A DNA stretch of 64,000 bases from Fonticula alba ATCC 38817 (Eukaryota > Protista > Nucleariida). The stretch lies in NCBI GenBank assembly GCA_000388065.2, contig KB932209.1; one strand, given 5' to 3'. This document shows, piece by piece, positions 10,958 through 26,794 of the stretch. The notes under the pieces are model-generated. The model searched no databases. It had not been told where the DNA came from and was given only the letters and a program-made list of their open reading frames with translations. The translations under genes were made by a program, and so were the position numbers. The stretch's first letter is position 1; the number at the start of each line of letters is the position of its first letter.

Positions 10958-11595
10958 CCCCCCCCCCCCCCCCCCNNNNNNNNNNGGGGGGGGGGGGACA
11001 CCGTGTCCATGCCGCAAAATACCCCCCGCCTGGCGCGTGCCGCAGGGGAGGGGGCGGGGCAGGGCACAGGGCGTCTCCATGCGCACGCGTTGCCTTCCGT
11101 CATTTCTCTCAATACACACAAACATAGACAACACGCGCATCGCTTTGCCCCCGCCTTTCCATGGGCACTACGCGTGCAGTTGGTGTCGCCACCAAGTGCC
11201 AACGGTCACTGGCATGGCGGCGTCTCCCACGTCTTCCTTGGTCCGCGATCTGGGGCGGCGCGCTCTCCCGCGGCCGGGGGGTGTAGTCTGTCTGCAATTT
11301 GGAGCGACGGTGGGCGAGTGTGGGCCGATCGGCTTTCCCGTGGAGATCTGGCCCTGTCTGGGGGGGGGGGGGGGGGAAAAAAAAAAGGGCCCGAGGGATT
11401 GCCTTGGCAGGCGTCCTGGGGTCAAGTTCCCTTCTCTTGGTGCCTTTCCCCCGCCCCGATCCTTTGCAACTTTTGTCCGGTGCCCCTCTCCCCTCCGGGT
11501 CCAAGGTAGTTCATCCTCGCTGTCCCTCACGAACGTGCCCTGCGAACGGGCCGAACGCACGCCCTCTCGCGCTCCACCTCCCACTTCGAGGCGCC

Positions 11596-14500
11596 ATGTC
11601 TGATGGCCGTGCTGTCACCGCGTTGTCGGATCGTGGGCGTCCTTCGGCCCCCAGTGGTGGAGCAGCCGATATCCAGGCCGATGGTGGGGTTGTCGATGTT
11701 CAAGTTGTCGATGAGGAGATCATCGATGTGCTGGACAGTGATCATGATGTTCCGCCCGCTCGACGGACCCGTTCTGCCACCATGACCGCACGCGTTCTTC
11801 GCCAGCCGGATCCCGACACCGAGGACAGCGCCGACGAGGAGCCGGCTCACAGCGACAGCGATGGGTCATCCTCGGATGAAGATGAACCGAGGCCGGCCAT
11901 GCGCCTCCGAAAGCGCGCGCGCCTGGTTACCACCCCGCCGGGCGGGGTCCTTCCGCCCCCTGCCAGCCCCCTGGATGGGGATTTCGCGGCGCTCATCGCC
12001 CGCTCTCATCCACCGGTGGGGATGCATCTCATCCCGGAGCAGCTGCTCCAGCCAGTGCGTGATATTCCCCCCCCCCTGTATCGGGTTTGCCGCTTCTTCC
12101 TGGTTGCGGGCTGCCAATTGTATTCGCATCCTTGCAGCAGCTGCTGACCGCCATTCCGCCAGACCCATGTGCCGAACGAGGTGCGCGAGCAGCGGCCCGT
12201 GTGGATGTCCGACACGGGGCGCATCTTCCTCGAAGTCTTCCCCCGGCGGCGGCGCCCGCACCGGACCGACCACCGGAGCCATGCAGTGCGGTGCATCACC
12301 GGCCGGGCACCCTCCTTCGGCCGGCTACTACCGCCGCCGGTCTTCGAGACCCCGGAGCATGTTGACCGGCATCCGGTGGAGTTCCGCCGCTTCATCACCA
12401 CCTTCCTGGCGCAGGTGGCCGAGCCGGTCACGCGGACCGATCTCATCCACGAGTACCAGCTGTCGGTCCAGTCATTGCGAAATGCGGTGGCCACATCGGT
12501 CCGGAATGGCGGCTCGCCGCGCGCCACCCGGCGCATGCTTCGACTGGCCAGCAAGGGGCCGCTGCCGGCGCCGGTGCGCCGAGCCCTGGCACGGGCCGAG
12601 GCTCCAGCTATCCCGGGCATGGCGCCCCCTAGCGATCACCCTGCCGGGTCGAGGCTTCCTTGGGGTCGGACGCGAACGGGCTTGCCGGCGGTTCGGCTCT
12701 TCCCCTGGCCGCCGCCAGCTGGCTTTCACGCGGACTCGGTGGCACTCGGCGCCCTGTTGTCCACCCTGCCCGATGCTCCGGCAACGTCGATGCCCGTGCT
12801 GGCCATTGCCCGGGAGGACAGTGGCCTGGGACCAGGCTCTCCCCTGGTGTCGGCTGGCCAAGGGAGCATGTGCCTCGCAACAACCTCCCCCTCGGCAATG
12901 CGTCGCATTCTGACAGACCCCTTCCTGCGGGCTCTTCTCACCTCGTCGGGTGCCGGCTCCGAGGCGCCGCCCCTGTCCGGTGCCGTGGCGGCCCGACACG
13001 CCGGACGTGGGTATGACGCCTCGTCGGCCAGCGACGATGATTGGCCGGATGTCGGGAGTGCCTCGGCCAGTGGCGACAGTGACACCGACCCGGAGCAGGA
13101 GCCACCTGCCCGGAGTCCGGCGGCTGGCCTGGAGCCTGGCGGACCTCTGGGCGATGAGGATGCCCCATTGGCCGATGCGCAGGCCGGCCCATCGCCCGGC
13201 ACCGGGGCAAAGCCCTTCAGTCTGGAGGCCCTCTTCTCGGGGAGCATCGATTTCTTCGCCCAGGACCCGGTCCCTGGCCCGGTCGCCGGTGACCATGTCC
13301 CCTCGGCGGATGCCTGGCTGGCTGATGATCCGGAGATTCGATTCCTGCGTCAGCGCCTTGCCCTGGACTCCGGGACAGGCTTGGATGCCCTGCTTGGCGA
13401 GGCAGCCGCACCGGAACGCATCCACTCTTGGTGGCATGTGCACCTGACGCGGTCGTCGCAGCGGGCTTTCTGCGTCGTCATCGCTGCCGAGCATTTTGAG
13501 GCACGCCAGTGGCTTCGTTTGGTCCTGTCCCCTTGCTGTTGTTTCCCCGCCCGGACTAACCCCCCCCGCAGGCGGTGCTCTTGCGTGTGCGCTTTCTGGG
13601 CATCGGTCCGGCCTGGTGCCCGGAGCCACCGCGAGACCTGGTTAACTCGCTGGTGGCCCGGGAGGCCGAACGCCCGGCCGCAGCGGGAATTGGCGGCCTC
13701 CGCGCCCCTGCCCCGTGCATCCCCCTGCCGATCAGTCTCAAGGCGTCGACCAAACTCCGGCCACATCAGGTGGCTTGCCTGGAGGCCATCTTCTCCGGCA
13801 AGTATGTGGTCTTCCCTTGGCATGGGCATCTGCTTCCTTCCCCACACTGATCCCCTTCTTCTCGCTCCGTCCTCCTCCCTCCTGCCTCCCCTCGACCAAC
13901 CCTCGCCAGCCGCGCCAAGTCCGGTGTTGTGGTCCTCCCGTGTGGCGCTGGCAAGACCCTGGTGGCCATTGCGGCGGCCTGTGCCTTGCGGCTGAGCACC
14001 ATGGTTTTGTGTCATTCGCAACTCGCCGCCACCCAGTGGCGATCCGAGCTCCTGCGTTGGGCTGATGTCGGCGCCAGCATCGAGGGCCGCGCAGCCGGCG
14101 CCCCCGGCCCAATGCGGTCGGCCTATCGGAGTCTGAATGCCGATGATCGGGTGACCATTTGGTCCAGTTCTTCCGGCAAGCGGACGGTGCGTTGGTGCTC
14201 CCCCTTTGCTGCCTTCCTTTTCCGCCGGCGCTCGCGTGCTGACCCGATTCCCCCGTGGGTCCCTTGGCCTGGCCGTTCCGGTGTTGGTGGGCGATGGGTC
14301 CGCAGTTTCGCGATGCTGGCTTCCCCTCGGGCGTGCTGATCAGTACCTATCAGACGGCCTCCTCTCGAAGCTCCGGCCACTATCAGGTACGGCGGTCGGC
14401 GCGGGGGTTTCCCTGCGGTTGCGGGCATTTTTTCTGACGTCCTGCTCTTTTCAGAGCCAGCCCGGGAATGAGGCCGGCCTGGACTCGGCTCTGCTGCGCT

Positions 14501-16272
14501 TCGCGCGAACCGTGGACTGGGGCTTGCTGGTGCTGGACGAGGTCCATGTCTTGCCGGCGCACACGTACTCCCGAGCGGTGGCGCGCATTCAGGCGCGAGT
14601 GAAGCTCGGCCTGACGGCGACCCTGGTCCGAGAGGATGGCCGCCTGGGGCGCATCCGGCATCTGGTCGGGCCACGCCTGTACGAGGCCAACTGGATGGAC
14701 CTGGCTCGTGGGGGGGCCATTGCTCGGGTCAAGTGCCTGGAAGTGTGGTGCCCCATGTCGCGAGGGTTCTTCCGGGAGTATCTGGCAGCCCTGTATGGCA
14801 CGGGTGGTCCAGCCGCCCTGGGATCCTCCTCGCCAGGTGGCACTCCCTCCCGGGGTCCTGGGGCCGGGCGCCGGGCCACACGCGATGCCCTGGTTGCACT
14901 GTGCCCCAGTAAGATCCACGTTCTGCAGGCACTGTTGCATCGGCATCGGAATGACAAGACCGTCATCTTCGCGGACTCGGTCTACTCCCTGAGGCAGTTG
15001 GCACGCCTGTTGCGCCTGCCGCTGGTCGACGGCGGTGTGGGGGAAAATGAGCGCCGGCGACGCCTGCAGCGTTTCCAGTCGGATCCCTCCTGCCGGGCGA
15101 TCTTGGTCAGTCGAGTGGGGGACACTGGCATCGATCTTCCCGAGGCCCGGTGCCTGATCCAGGTGGGTGCGCAATTTGGGTCCCGCCGGCAGGAGGCCCA
15201 GCGTTTGGGACGCATCCTTCGTGCCAAGGGGTCGTCGGCATCTGCGGCCCGAGCGGCCCGAACCGGCGGCAGCATGGCCGACACCCTGCGCGGCGCCCTG
15301 GACGAGGCGCGGCCCGATGGCAATGGGCTGGTTGGCCTCACGGGCGGCCGAGGCGGCCTCGGCGAGGTGGGATCTGCCGGGCTCAGCCCGGCATCCGCCT
15401 CCCCTGATGCCGGTCTGCTGGGAGCCGGCGGGCGGGCTTGGTCTTCGGCGGCGGCGGCGGCGGCCGCCGCGCGGGCCATCGCCCAAAGTGACGCCTCCAT
15501 CAGCTCGGCCTTCCTGGAGCCCGTGAGCCCGCGATCGGCCGCCGGGGATGGGCCCAGCTCGCCGGCGGCAGCGTCAGCGGCCGGTCCGCCGACCACCCCT
15601 CTTCGGCTGGGGGCCTCAGCGCCTCGGGGCCCGGGATCACCGAGCCCCGGGGCCAGTCCCTCGCCCGGAGCCGGCAGCCCCGGAAGCGGCAGCAGTGCCA
15701 GCTCATGTCACATTACACGAACGGTCGGAGCCACGGCCGATTTGCTGGATGTGACGACCCCCGGGGCGGAGGCCTTCGATGCGTGTTTCTATGCCCTGGT
15801 GGCCACGGATACGCGCGACGCGCGCGACGCCAAGCGCCGGCGGCGGTACCTAGCCGATCAGGGATACGCCTTTGAGGCGCTCCCGGCGGCGGCCATCATC
15901 AATGAGCTGGCTCCGGCGGAGCTCCGGCGGCTGGCTTGTCGCGGGGAGCGAGCCCAGGCCATCCTCCTGCGGGATATCACTCGTCTCGAGGAGGTGGACT
16001 TTGCTACGGCCCAGGCGGCCGACCTGTTTGACCAGACCGCTGGCGCTGGCGCTAGCGCAGCCGGGCCCACATCTCCCGATGGGGGGTCAGTCCGCGGGTC
16101 GGCCTTCACGGTTCGCAGCGCCGGATCGTTGAGTCAGGCGTCCGGTGCCGGGGTGGCATTTTACACGGAAGACGCTGGCAGGGGGTCTGCCATGCTGGCG
16201 GAGTCTCCGGCGGGCCTGGAGGGAGCCGAAAGTCTGGAGGCGCCCGAAACCCCGTCATCACGCCGGCCATGA
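11596..16272 (+). CDS. XPB: Divergent XPB/Ssl2/ERCC3-family DNA helicase with large low-complexity insertions; exons about 11596-12054, 12163-13500, 13572-13801, 13910-14186, 14306-14386, 14455-16272
   Basis: N-terminal domain RPVWMSDTGRIFLEVF...FLAQVAEPVTRTDLIHEYQLS. Helicase motifs LRPHQ, SGVVVLPCGAGKT (Walker A), LDEVH, GLTATLVRED, ANWMDL, VGDTGIDLPEA, GSRRQEAQRLGRILRAK. C-terminal FYALV...RRRYLADQGYAF. Confidence 0.9.
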
Positions 16273-16540
16273 GACGTGGTCCCCTTGTTGTCGGCCATCA
16301 GCCGGTTGTTCTGCGCTGAGCGCTGTCAAATGGCCAATAAAGCAGCCCACCCTGGAGTTGTCTCCCCTTCTCTTCCCCTCTGGGCACATGGCTGCGGCAG
16401 TCTGATGTGAAAGAGGGGAAGCCGGGAAAATGCTATGCATGTGTGCCTGTGCGTGTGTAAGAGATCAGCGCGACGTGCGCGGATATAGTGTATTGGGTGG
16501 GTGCTCGGCAAAAGAGGAAAGCCCCATTCATGTGTGCATT

Positions 16541-16578
<38 letters not shown>

Positions 16579-16768
16579 CGGTGATGACGGGCACGCCCCT
16601 CGGGAGCGCCCAATTGCCGAATGCCGGGGTAGGAAAGAAAGATAGGCAACCGTGGGCCAAAGGGAGGGAGGAAGGGAGTGACACATGGCGCAGACGCATG
16701 TGTGCTTGGGGGGGGGGGGGGGGGGGGGGGGTTGTTTTGGGGGGGGGGGGGGGGGGGGGGGGGATGTA

Positions 16769-16809
<41 letters not shown>

Positions 16810-16991
16810 ATACGCACGCACATGTACGCACACATCCATCCATACACACAGGGACATCTATGAGGAGGGAGGGGGGAGCTCATTCATACCTCGTGCATGC
16901 GTGTGCGTGTGGGCATGATACCACCAGCAGCAGAGTGCAGCGCCTTGCCAATGAGGCGAGGTGACAGGCAGAGGAGAGGGGAGGGGATGTC

Positions 16992-17833
16992 TTACTTGTC
17001 GCGAACCTCCATGTTCAGCAGGGCCTTGGTCTTCTGGGTGGCCATGGAGTCAATCTCCTTGATGCCATCGTCGATGACCTTCTGGATGTCCTTCTCCACG
17101 CGCTTGACCGAGTCCTTCGGCAGGGAGCTCTCGACCTTCTTCAGGTCGCGCAGGGCCGCCTGGCGGATGTTGCGAATGGAGATCTTCGAGTGCTCGGAAT
17201 CCTTCTCGATCTGCTTGACCAGCGACTCGCGGTACTCCTTGGTCACGCGCGGCACCGGGACCTTGATGATGTTCCCCTCGGTCGACGGGTTGAGGCCCAT
17301 GCCGCCGCCGCGAATGGCCTCGGCGATCGGCTCGGACATCGACGCGTCGAAGACATTCAGCTGCAGGGTCTGGGGATTGAGGACACTCACCTGGCAGAGA
17401 TTGCGCAGGGACATCGACATGCCCTTGACATCGACCGTGACGCTCTCAAGGATGGCTGGTACACACAGGCAGGGAAGGGGGGGGGGAGGGGGGAGGTCGG
17501 GAAAAGGGTCAGCCAGGCTGGTGATTGTGGAGGGAAGGGAGAAAGTCGCAGGGGCCAAGCAAGAGGCGAGACTCGCTCAAGGAGCAAGACAGCGTACCGG
17601 GGTTGGCGACACCCATGCGCATCTGGGCCAGGTCCGTGCGGAAGACCTCGATGGTGCGGGAAATCTTCTGCTTGGAGGGGGTGACCGTGGAGGCGATGAC
17701 ATCCTCAATGCGCACCTCTGGGGCATTGTCATCCTTGCCGCCCTTGCCGCCCTCTATTTCGGGTGGATGTCCGCGAGGGAGATAGCGGGCCATGGTCAGT
17801 TGTGTGCATGTCGGCATGTGGGTGGGTGTATAC

Positions 17834-17870
<37 letters not shown>

Positions 17871-18203
17871 AAGAGGCGCAGGCGTGCATGCAGGAGGGGA
17901 AGGCCCGGCCAGGTGTGACCAAGATAGAGAGAGAGAGAGAGGGAAAAAGAGGGAGAGAAAGAGACACGGGAGAAACGCACTGCCACCGGCCTTCTTCTTG
18001 GAGGAGTAGTGGCGCATGATAATCGAGGCGCCAGGGCCGGAGGGGGCCCCGGTAGGCATGAGCATGATCGGCTGGACGGCCAGAGGAGTAGGCGCAGGGC
18101 GGTCCGCCGGGGTGGTGGCGAGGATGGCCGAGGCCGCGCGCGTGCGCAGGGCCTGGCTGGCCGCCACACGGCCGGCGGAGACGCGGAGAGTGTTGAGAAG
18201 CAT
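16992..18203 (-). CDS. MRRF: Mitochondrial ribosome recycling factor; exons 18203-17981, 17753-17598, 17455-16992
   Basis: Arg/Ala/Ser-rich presequence (MLLNTLRVSAGRVAASQALRTR), then RMGVANP.ILESVTV, LNPSTEGNIIKVPVPRVTKEYRESLVK, SIRNIRQ, typical of RRF. Confidence 0.9.
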
Positions 18204-19503
18204 GGTTGTAGGTGCCAGACGTGCGCGCGTGTTCGCAGGGAATGACGGGGACTGTGGGAAAGCAGGTGAAGTGGGGGGGAGAGGGCTGGCGCGGCAGGCC
18301 GCCGGGCGCCCTGGTGCTGGTCCGGTTGCTCTTGGCGGCCCGAGCCGAGGCAGCTCCCGCTCCCTCCCTCCCCCGGGTGGCGTGTGGGACCGGAGGCGCG
18401 CAGGCCCAGCCACAGGGCCGGAGGCCTGGGTCAACTGGCCGGTTCTGCTGCGTGCCCCCCGATCGACGGTCACTCTCTTCCCCTATTTGTGCAGGCCCGT
18501 GTGGATGATGGCCGCCACACCCAAGCCATGCCCGCCCGAGGGAGGGAGGGAGGGAGGGGGGGGGGGGGGAAGGGACAAACAGGCGGGGGGGCTGATGGTC
18601 GTGGCAGCCCGCAGGCCGGGCCAGGGAGGACCGGGCAGGCGTGGCAAGATCGCCAAGAGGTGCCACCGCACCAGGTCCCACGCCGGGCCCGCGCCCCCAT
18701 CTTTAGATTAAACCCCGCCTCTGGCCGGGGGCGCATGCTGCGATCACCGATGGGCAGTTGCCGTCGGAGCGGCCGTGCGTTCCCCCGGCCAGGGGGGGAC
18801 ACCGCGGCTCGTTCCCTCCCCCCCCTCGCCCGCCTCCCCGTCAAGCATGTGCCTTTTCAGGTCTAGTGTGTGTATTGTGCAGAGAGACAATGCCCGCCGG
18901 GGCGGCCAAGGTGACTCCTGCCCTAGGCGCTCGGGCAAGGGAGCGGGAACGGGAGAGCGAGGGCAAAAGGGGCGCGCTTCTGGCATGGGGCTGGTGTGCC
19001 GGGGGCGCGCTCTTGCGTCTCTCTGTTTTTCTCATTTTCAAACCACAAGGACGGGAGCAGAGGGGGGAGGGTGAGCCCCTCCCCCGCGCACGTGGGACAC
19101 ATATGCCCGCGTGCGTGTGTGTGTGTGTGTGTGTGCGTGTGTGTATGTATGTATGTGTGTGTGTGTGTGTGTGTGTGTGCAGGCATGCGCAGAGTGCGCT
19201 TTCATCCCCGGTTGCTCCTCCGGCCCTCGGCCCGGCCTCTCTCAGAGTATCCCAGAGCCCGTCCTCCCCCGGGGCATGCGCTCCATGATGGATCCCATCA
19301 TCCAGACATGGGGACACAGGGCCATCGGCCGAGGTGTGCCCGTGCACGGCCCCGCGCCGGGAGGAAGCCATGTGGCGAAAGAGAGAGAGGGAGAGAGAAG
19401 GGGCGAGAACCAGGGGGGAGGAGGGGCGAATAAACGAGGGCAAGGGGGAAGAGTGATGAGGCGTGTGTGTGCGTGCGCGCGCGCGCGCGCGCGGGGCCAC
19501 TCC

Positions 19504-22561
<3,058 letters not shown>

Positions 22562-23709
22562 TCACTGGGATCGGCCGGCAAGGGTGTCGGCGGTGGGCCG
22601 GACAAGCGGCCTGGCGAGCGCGCGCGCGGGCCCGCCCATTCTCCATGGGACCCTGCGCGGGAGGGCGGAGGCCTGGCGTGCGCGCGCGCGCGCGCGCGCC
22701 CGGCCATGTGCACGCGCACGGGCCGTTGGGGGCGCGCACGAGCGCGGGAACATGCGCGCCCCTGCGCGCCTTTTCTGGACCCGAGGCCGGCGGACCGGGT
22801 GAGATCCTCCCCCAGGCCCTCCCCCCCCCCCGAATGTCGGGGCTGTATCCGACGCAGGACCCCCCCCCCCGCTCCCGCCCTACCCCGCGCATCTCTCCCC
22901 GGGCGCAGAGCGGCGTGCAGAAGGGGGCGGGAGCCCGCACTCGGGACCGGAGGCTGTGGGATCGGTGGGAACGTCCGGCCCCGACCGTAGGGAGCGTGTA
23001 TATCCCGAGGCGAAAGGGGGCGGGGGGAAGGTGGGCAGGAGCGGGGCGCCGGCACAGCCATGGCCCCACGATATCCCGCAGGGGACAGGTTCAGCATGCA
23101 ATGTGAGGGAGGGGGGGGGGGGGGGCCATGTGCATGTGTGGAATACGGTGCAAAATGACCGGCGCACTGAAGCACGCGGTCCCAGGGGTCTCTCCCTGGC
23201 ATGCTGGCCAGTTCGATCAGCGAATGGCCCCTCCCCGGGCCGCCTGTGAGGCGCGCGCGGGTGTACACACGCTCCGGCAGCACTGCGCTTCGGTGTTTCC
23301 CGGCTGTGCGCCTGCGTGTCTGTGCCTGTTTTTTTTTCATCCCGGAGCAGCTCGATTGTTCCCCCCCCCCCCCGGTTTGAGGGAACAGGAGGGGGGGAAG
23401 GCCCAGGAAGGAGGGGGAATGCCCGGTGGTGGCCCCCCCCCCCCTCTCCCGCCCCGACGAAGTGCGTGCGTCGCCCACCCCCGGCCCCAGCCCTCCCGGC
23501 GCGCTTCCCGAGGCAGGCCCCGCGGCGGCATTAGGCGACTTGGGCCGGGCCCAGCGGTGGCGGCTGGCTAGGGGAAATATCCTCCAAAATGCCGTGCATA
23601 TCACGAGGGCGTGTGATGTGCACACTGAGAGTCTCCGATACGAGCCTGCCCGTTCTGACATTCTCGGTCGATTGTTTTCGCCCCAGTTGGCGCCGGGGCA
23701 GGTGCCCTT

Positions 23710-23745
23710 GGTGGTGGTGGTGGTGGTGGTGGTGGTGGTGGTGGT
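23710..23745. repeat. (GGT)n trinucleotide microsatellite in the SRPK-UBC6 divergent intergenic region
   Basis: About 12 consecutive ggt units read directly. Confidence 0.85.
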
Positions 23746-24769
23746 GGCCGCCCCCAGCCCCGACGAAGCGTGGGGGCGCACACCAAGAGCGGAGCTTCCG
23801 CCGGGGACTCCTCTCTGGTAAGGATGCCCTGGATGCGTGTGCGCATGTGTGCCCCCGAGGTGGTTGTGTTTCCGAGGTATCATCATTGCGACCGGCGGCA
23901 GGGGCCAACGGCGGGGGCGCCCGGTCTACCCCTTCCCCGTCCTTTGACATGCCTGAGGCCGGGGGGGTGTATACATGGCGTGCGGATTGGGGCACACTCG
24001 GCCCATCTCAGTTGAGGGACGGGGCTTCGGCCTGCACCGGCCGCGGCAAACCCACAGTGCCCCTTCCCCTGCGTGGGGGTGCTCTGGTGGCCGAGAGAAA
24101 TAGTGTCTCCTCGGGACCAGGGGGGGAGGCTGGGAATGAGGGGAGTTGTCTGGCCCCCGCCCCCCGGGGGGGGGGGGGCGGGCGGGGTCCCAAGGCGTGG
24201 CAGGAGGAGTACTGCCCGATTGCCCTGAGAGCACCCCTGTAAACAGGGAGGGGCTCCCCAGTGCTAGGCTGGCCGATCTAGGGCAGGGGGATCGCCGCAC
24301 ACGGGGGTTGACTGTTGTGCCGCCATCCCCCCCGGGTCTCGGCGGCCTCGCTCTNNNNNNNNNNNNNNNNNNNNNNNNNNNNNNNNNNNNNNNNNNNNNN
24401 NNNNNNNNNNNNNNNNNNNNNNNNNNNNNNNNNNNNNNNNNNNNNNNNNNNNNNNNNNNNNNNNNNNNNNNNNNNNNNNNNNNNNNNNNNNNNNNNNNNN
24501 NNNNNNNNNNNNNNNNNNNNNNNNNNNNNNNNNNNNNNNNNNNNNNNNNNNNNNNNNNNNNNNNNNNNNNNNNNNNNNNNNNNNNNNNNNNNNNNNNNNN
24601 NNNNNNNNNNNNNNNNNNNNNNNNNNNNNNNNNNNNNNNNNNNNNNNNNNNNNNNNNNNNNNNNNNNNNNNNNNNNNNNNNNNNNNNNNNNNNNNNNNNN
24701 NNNNNNNNNNNNNNNNNNNNNNCCGCCCTCTCCTCCCTCCGCTGGATCTCCCCGCCGATCGGTCCCACA

Positions 24770-26475
24770 ATGCGTCCTGACTCCGGCTCCCCGTCTCCAG
24801 TAATACGCCGTCTGCTGCAGGAGATCAGCCAACTCCGGCGCGATCCGCCACATGGATTTGTCTGTGCGCCGGTCAATGACGGGCAAAATCTCCTGGACTG
24901 GCACTTTACCCTGCGCGGCCCGGTCGACTCGCCATACGCCGGGGGCCTGTATCACGGGCGGATCCTCCTCCCGCCCCAGTACCCGATGGAGCCACCGAGC
25001 ATCATCTTCCTGACAGTGCGTTGTTGGCGCCGGCTGCTTCACTTCTCCCTCCCCTCTCCTCCCCCGGTTCGAGCCCGGGATGTTGACTGCGGCTGACTCC
25101 TGTCCTCTTCTCTCCTTTCTCTCCCTCCCCCCCCCCCCACCCCACGCGTCTTTTTCTTCCCTTCGTCGCCCCCCTCTGGCGTTTGATCTTTTTCTTTCTG
25201 TGTCAGCCCTCCGGCCGCTTCGAGGTCAACACCAAAATTTGCCTGAGTGTCACCACGCACCACCGGGAGGATTGGCAACCTGCCTGGGACAGTGCGTCAT
25301 GACCGCATGCACACTCGCACGCTCGCCCCCCCCCTGTATGGATGCACATGCCGCAGAGGCGGCACATCCTGATCATGGTGTCCCTTTCTTTTGTCACCGA
25401 ATTCCACTAACCGTTGCTTTATCTTGTCGCTCTCCCTCCTCCTCGCCCCCTCGCCTCCTCGACCCCGCAGTTCGCACGGTGTGTTTGAGCATGATGAGCC
25501 ATATGTTGTCCCCGAGTGAGGGGGCCATCGGGGCACTTGAGGTGTCTGCCGAGGAGCGAAAGCTCTTGGCCATCAAGTGCGTGTGACTTGCTTTTTTCTT
25601 TATCACCCTCTTCCCCCCTCCCCTTTCCTTCTCCCTCCCGTCCTCCCTCTTCACCCGCTTGGGGCACCTTCCCAATCGACACCCCACTCACCGGACTGCC
25701 CTGTTCCTGCCGGCCCTTGTGTTCCCTGCCCAGGTCGCATGACTTTGTATGCAAGGAGTGCGGTCGCATTGGCGACCTGGACATCCCCCATGCCTTGCCC
25801 AGCGCTCCGGCCCCCGATGCCGGCACCAGCACCGACCCCGACGTCGGCACCCCCACCACCGCTGCCGAAGCCCCGATCGAGATCTCGGCCATGGCCGACA
25901 GTGCCAGCACGAGCATCGTCAACTCGCCGACGGTCATCCTCGACGAGAGCACGGATCAACTGGAGTCCGGGTCACCGGCCACGGTGGCCGAGGCACCGTC
26001 GCTCCCGGCCGAGTCTCCGACATCATTGGCCAAGCAAGGTCGCGAGACCCCTTCGCTGTCGGGCGAGGCCATGGAGCCGGGCAATGCTGCCTCCCCGGTG
26101 GAGGGCGCCGCCCCGGCCGAGGCTGCCGCACAGAGGGCCTCGGCCGGATCGGCCGCCTCCACGGTTCGAAGCATCCCTACCGCGCCCGATGTTGGGGGTG
26201 CCACCACGCGGCCAGCCCCCGGCCTCCAGGATGACGCGCGGACAGAGGAGGGGCCTTCCTCGCCAGAAGGGTCTGCCCCGGAAGTCGACCGCTCGGCCGG
26301 GCCTGCTGAGCGTCTCGACGTCAAGAGCCTCGGCCAGAAGTCGGCCAGCCGGACAAGCTCCGTCTCTCAGCTTGATCGGATTCTCATTGTCCTCACCGGG
26401 CTGTTTGTCCTGCTGATTGCGCGCCGGCTGTTCCTCAGTTCCGAGCCGGACGCTGCCGTCGCGACTGCCCTGTAG
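24770..26475 (+). CDS. UBE2J1: Ubiquitin-conjugating enzyme E2, UBE2J1/Ubc6 type, tail-anchored; exons 24770-25015, 25207-25291, 25471-25576, 25734-26475
   Basis: LLDWHFTLRGP.DSPYAGGLYHGRI..P.QYPMEPP, PSGRFEVNTKICLS (catalytic Cys), WQPAW, GAIGAL, and a C-terminal hydrophobic helix ILIVLTGLFVLLIARR. Confidence 0.92.
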
Positions 26476-26794
26476 AGCATGGCTGTGAAGGAAAAAAATG
26501 CAAGCAACCAAAAAGCACGCCATCTCGGAGTGCCTCTCTCTCTCTCTCTCCCCCTCCCTCTGCATTCCCCCTCTCCCCCCTTTGTACAATAGAATAGTGC
26601 CTTGTGAACAGGCACAGAGACAAGAAGCCCGGCCAAAGGCGTTCCCAATGGAAGAGAGGGCGCGATGCAGCAATGCATGTTATTTTTTTACACTCAAGAG
26701 GGGAAAATGGCTGACACAAGGGGAGAAGGGAGGAGAGGGAGCGGGGGATGCTTTTTTGGCCTTTGGCCCGGTGGTGTGACGCGGGGGCGCGCAT

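Noticed and set aside
16545-16810. (TG)n/(CG)n alternating purine-pyrimidine tracts (also ~19113-19179, 22681-22698, 31985-32013, 41641-41710) as Z-DNA regulatory elements
   Set aside because: Such microsatellites are pervasive in this genome's non-coding DNA, and nothing here singles out a function.
23531-23995. ORF with His10 (or Trp/Val/Thr runs in other frames)
   Set aside because: The runs come from a (GGT)n microsatellite in a divergent promoter region; the flanks do not look coding.
25063-25079. Perfect tRNA T-arm/B-box-like hairpin cccgg-TTCGAGC-ccggg in UBE2J1 intron 1
   Set aside because: No acceptor stem, D-arm, A-box or anticodon arm upstream (only a CT/C tract), so it is not a tRNA gene. 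At most an isolated TFIIIC site.
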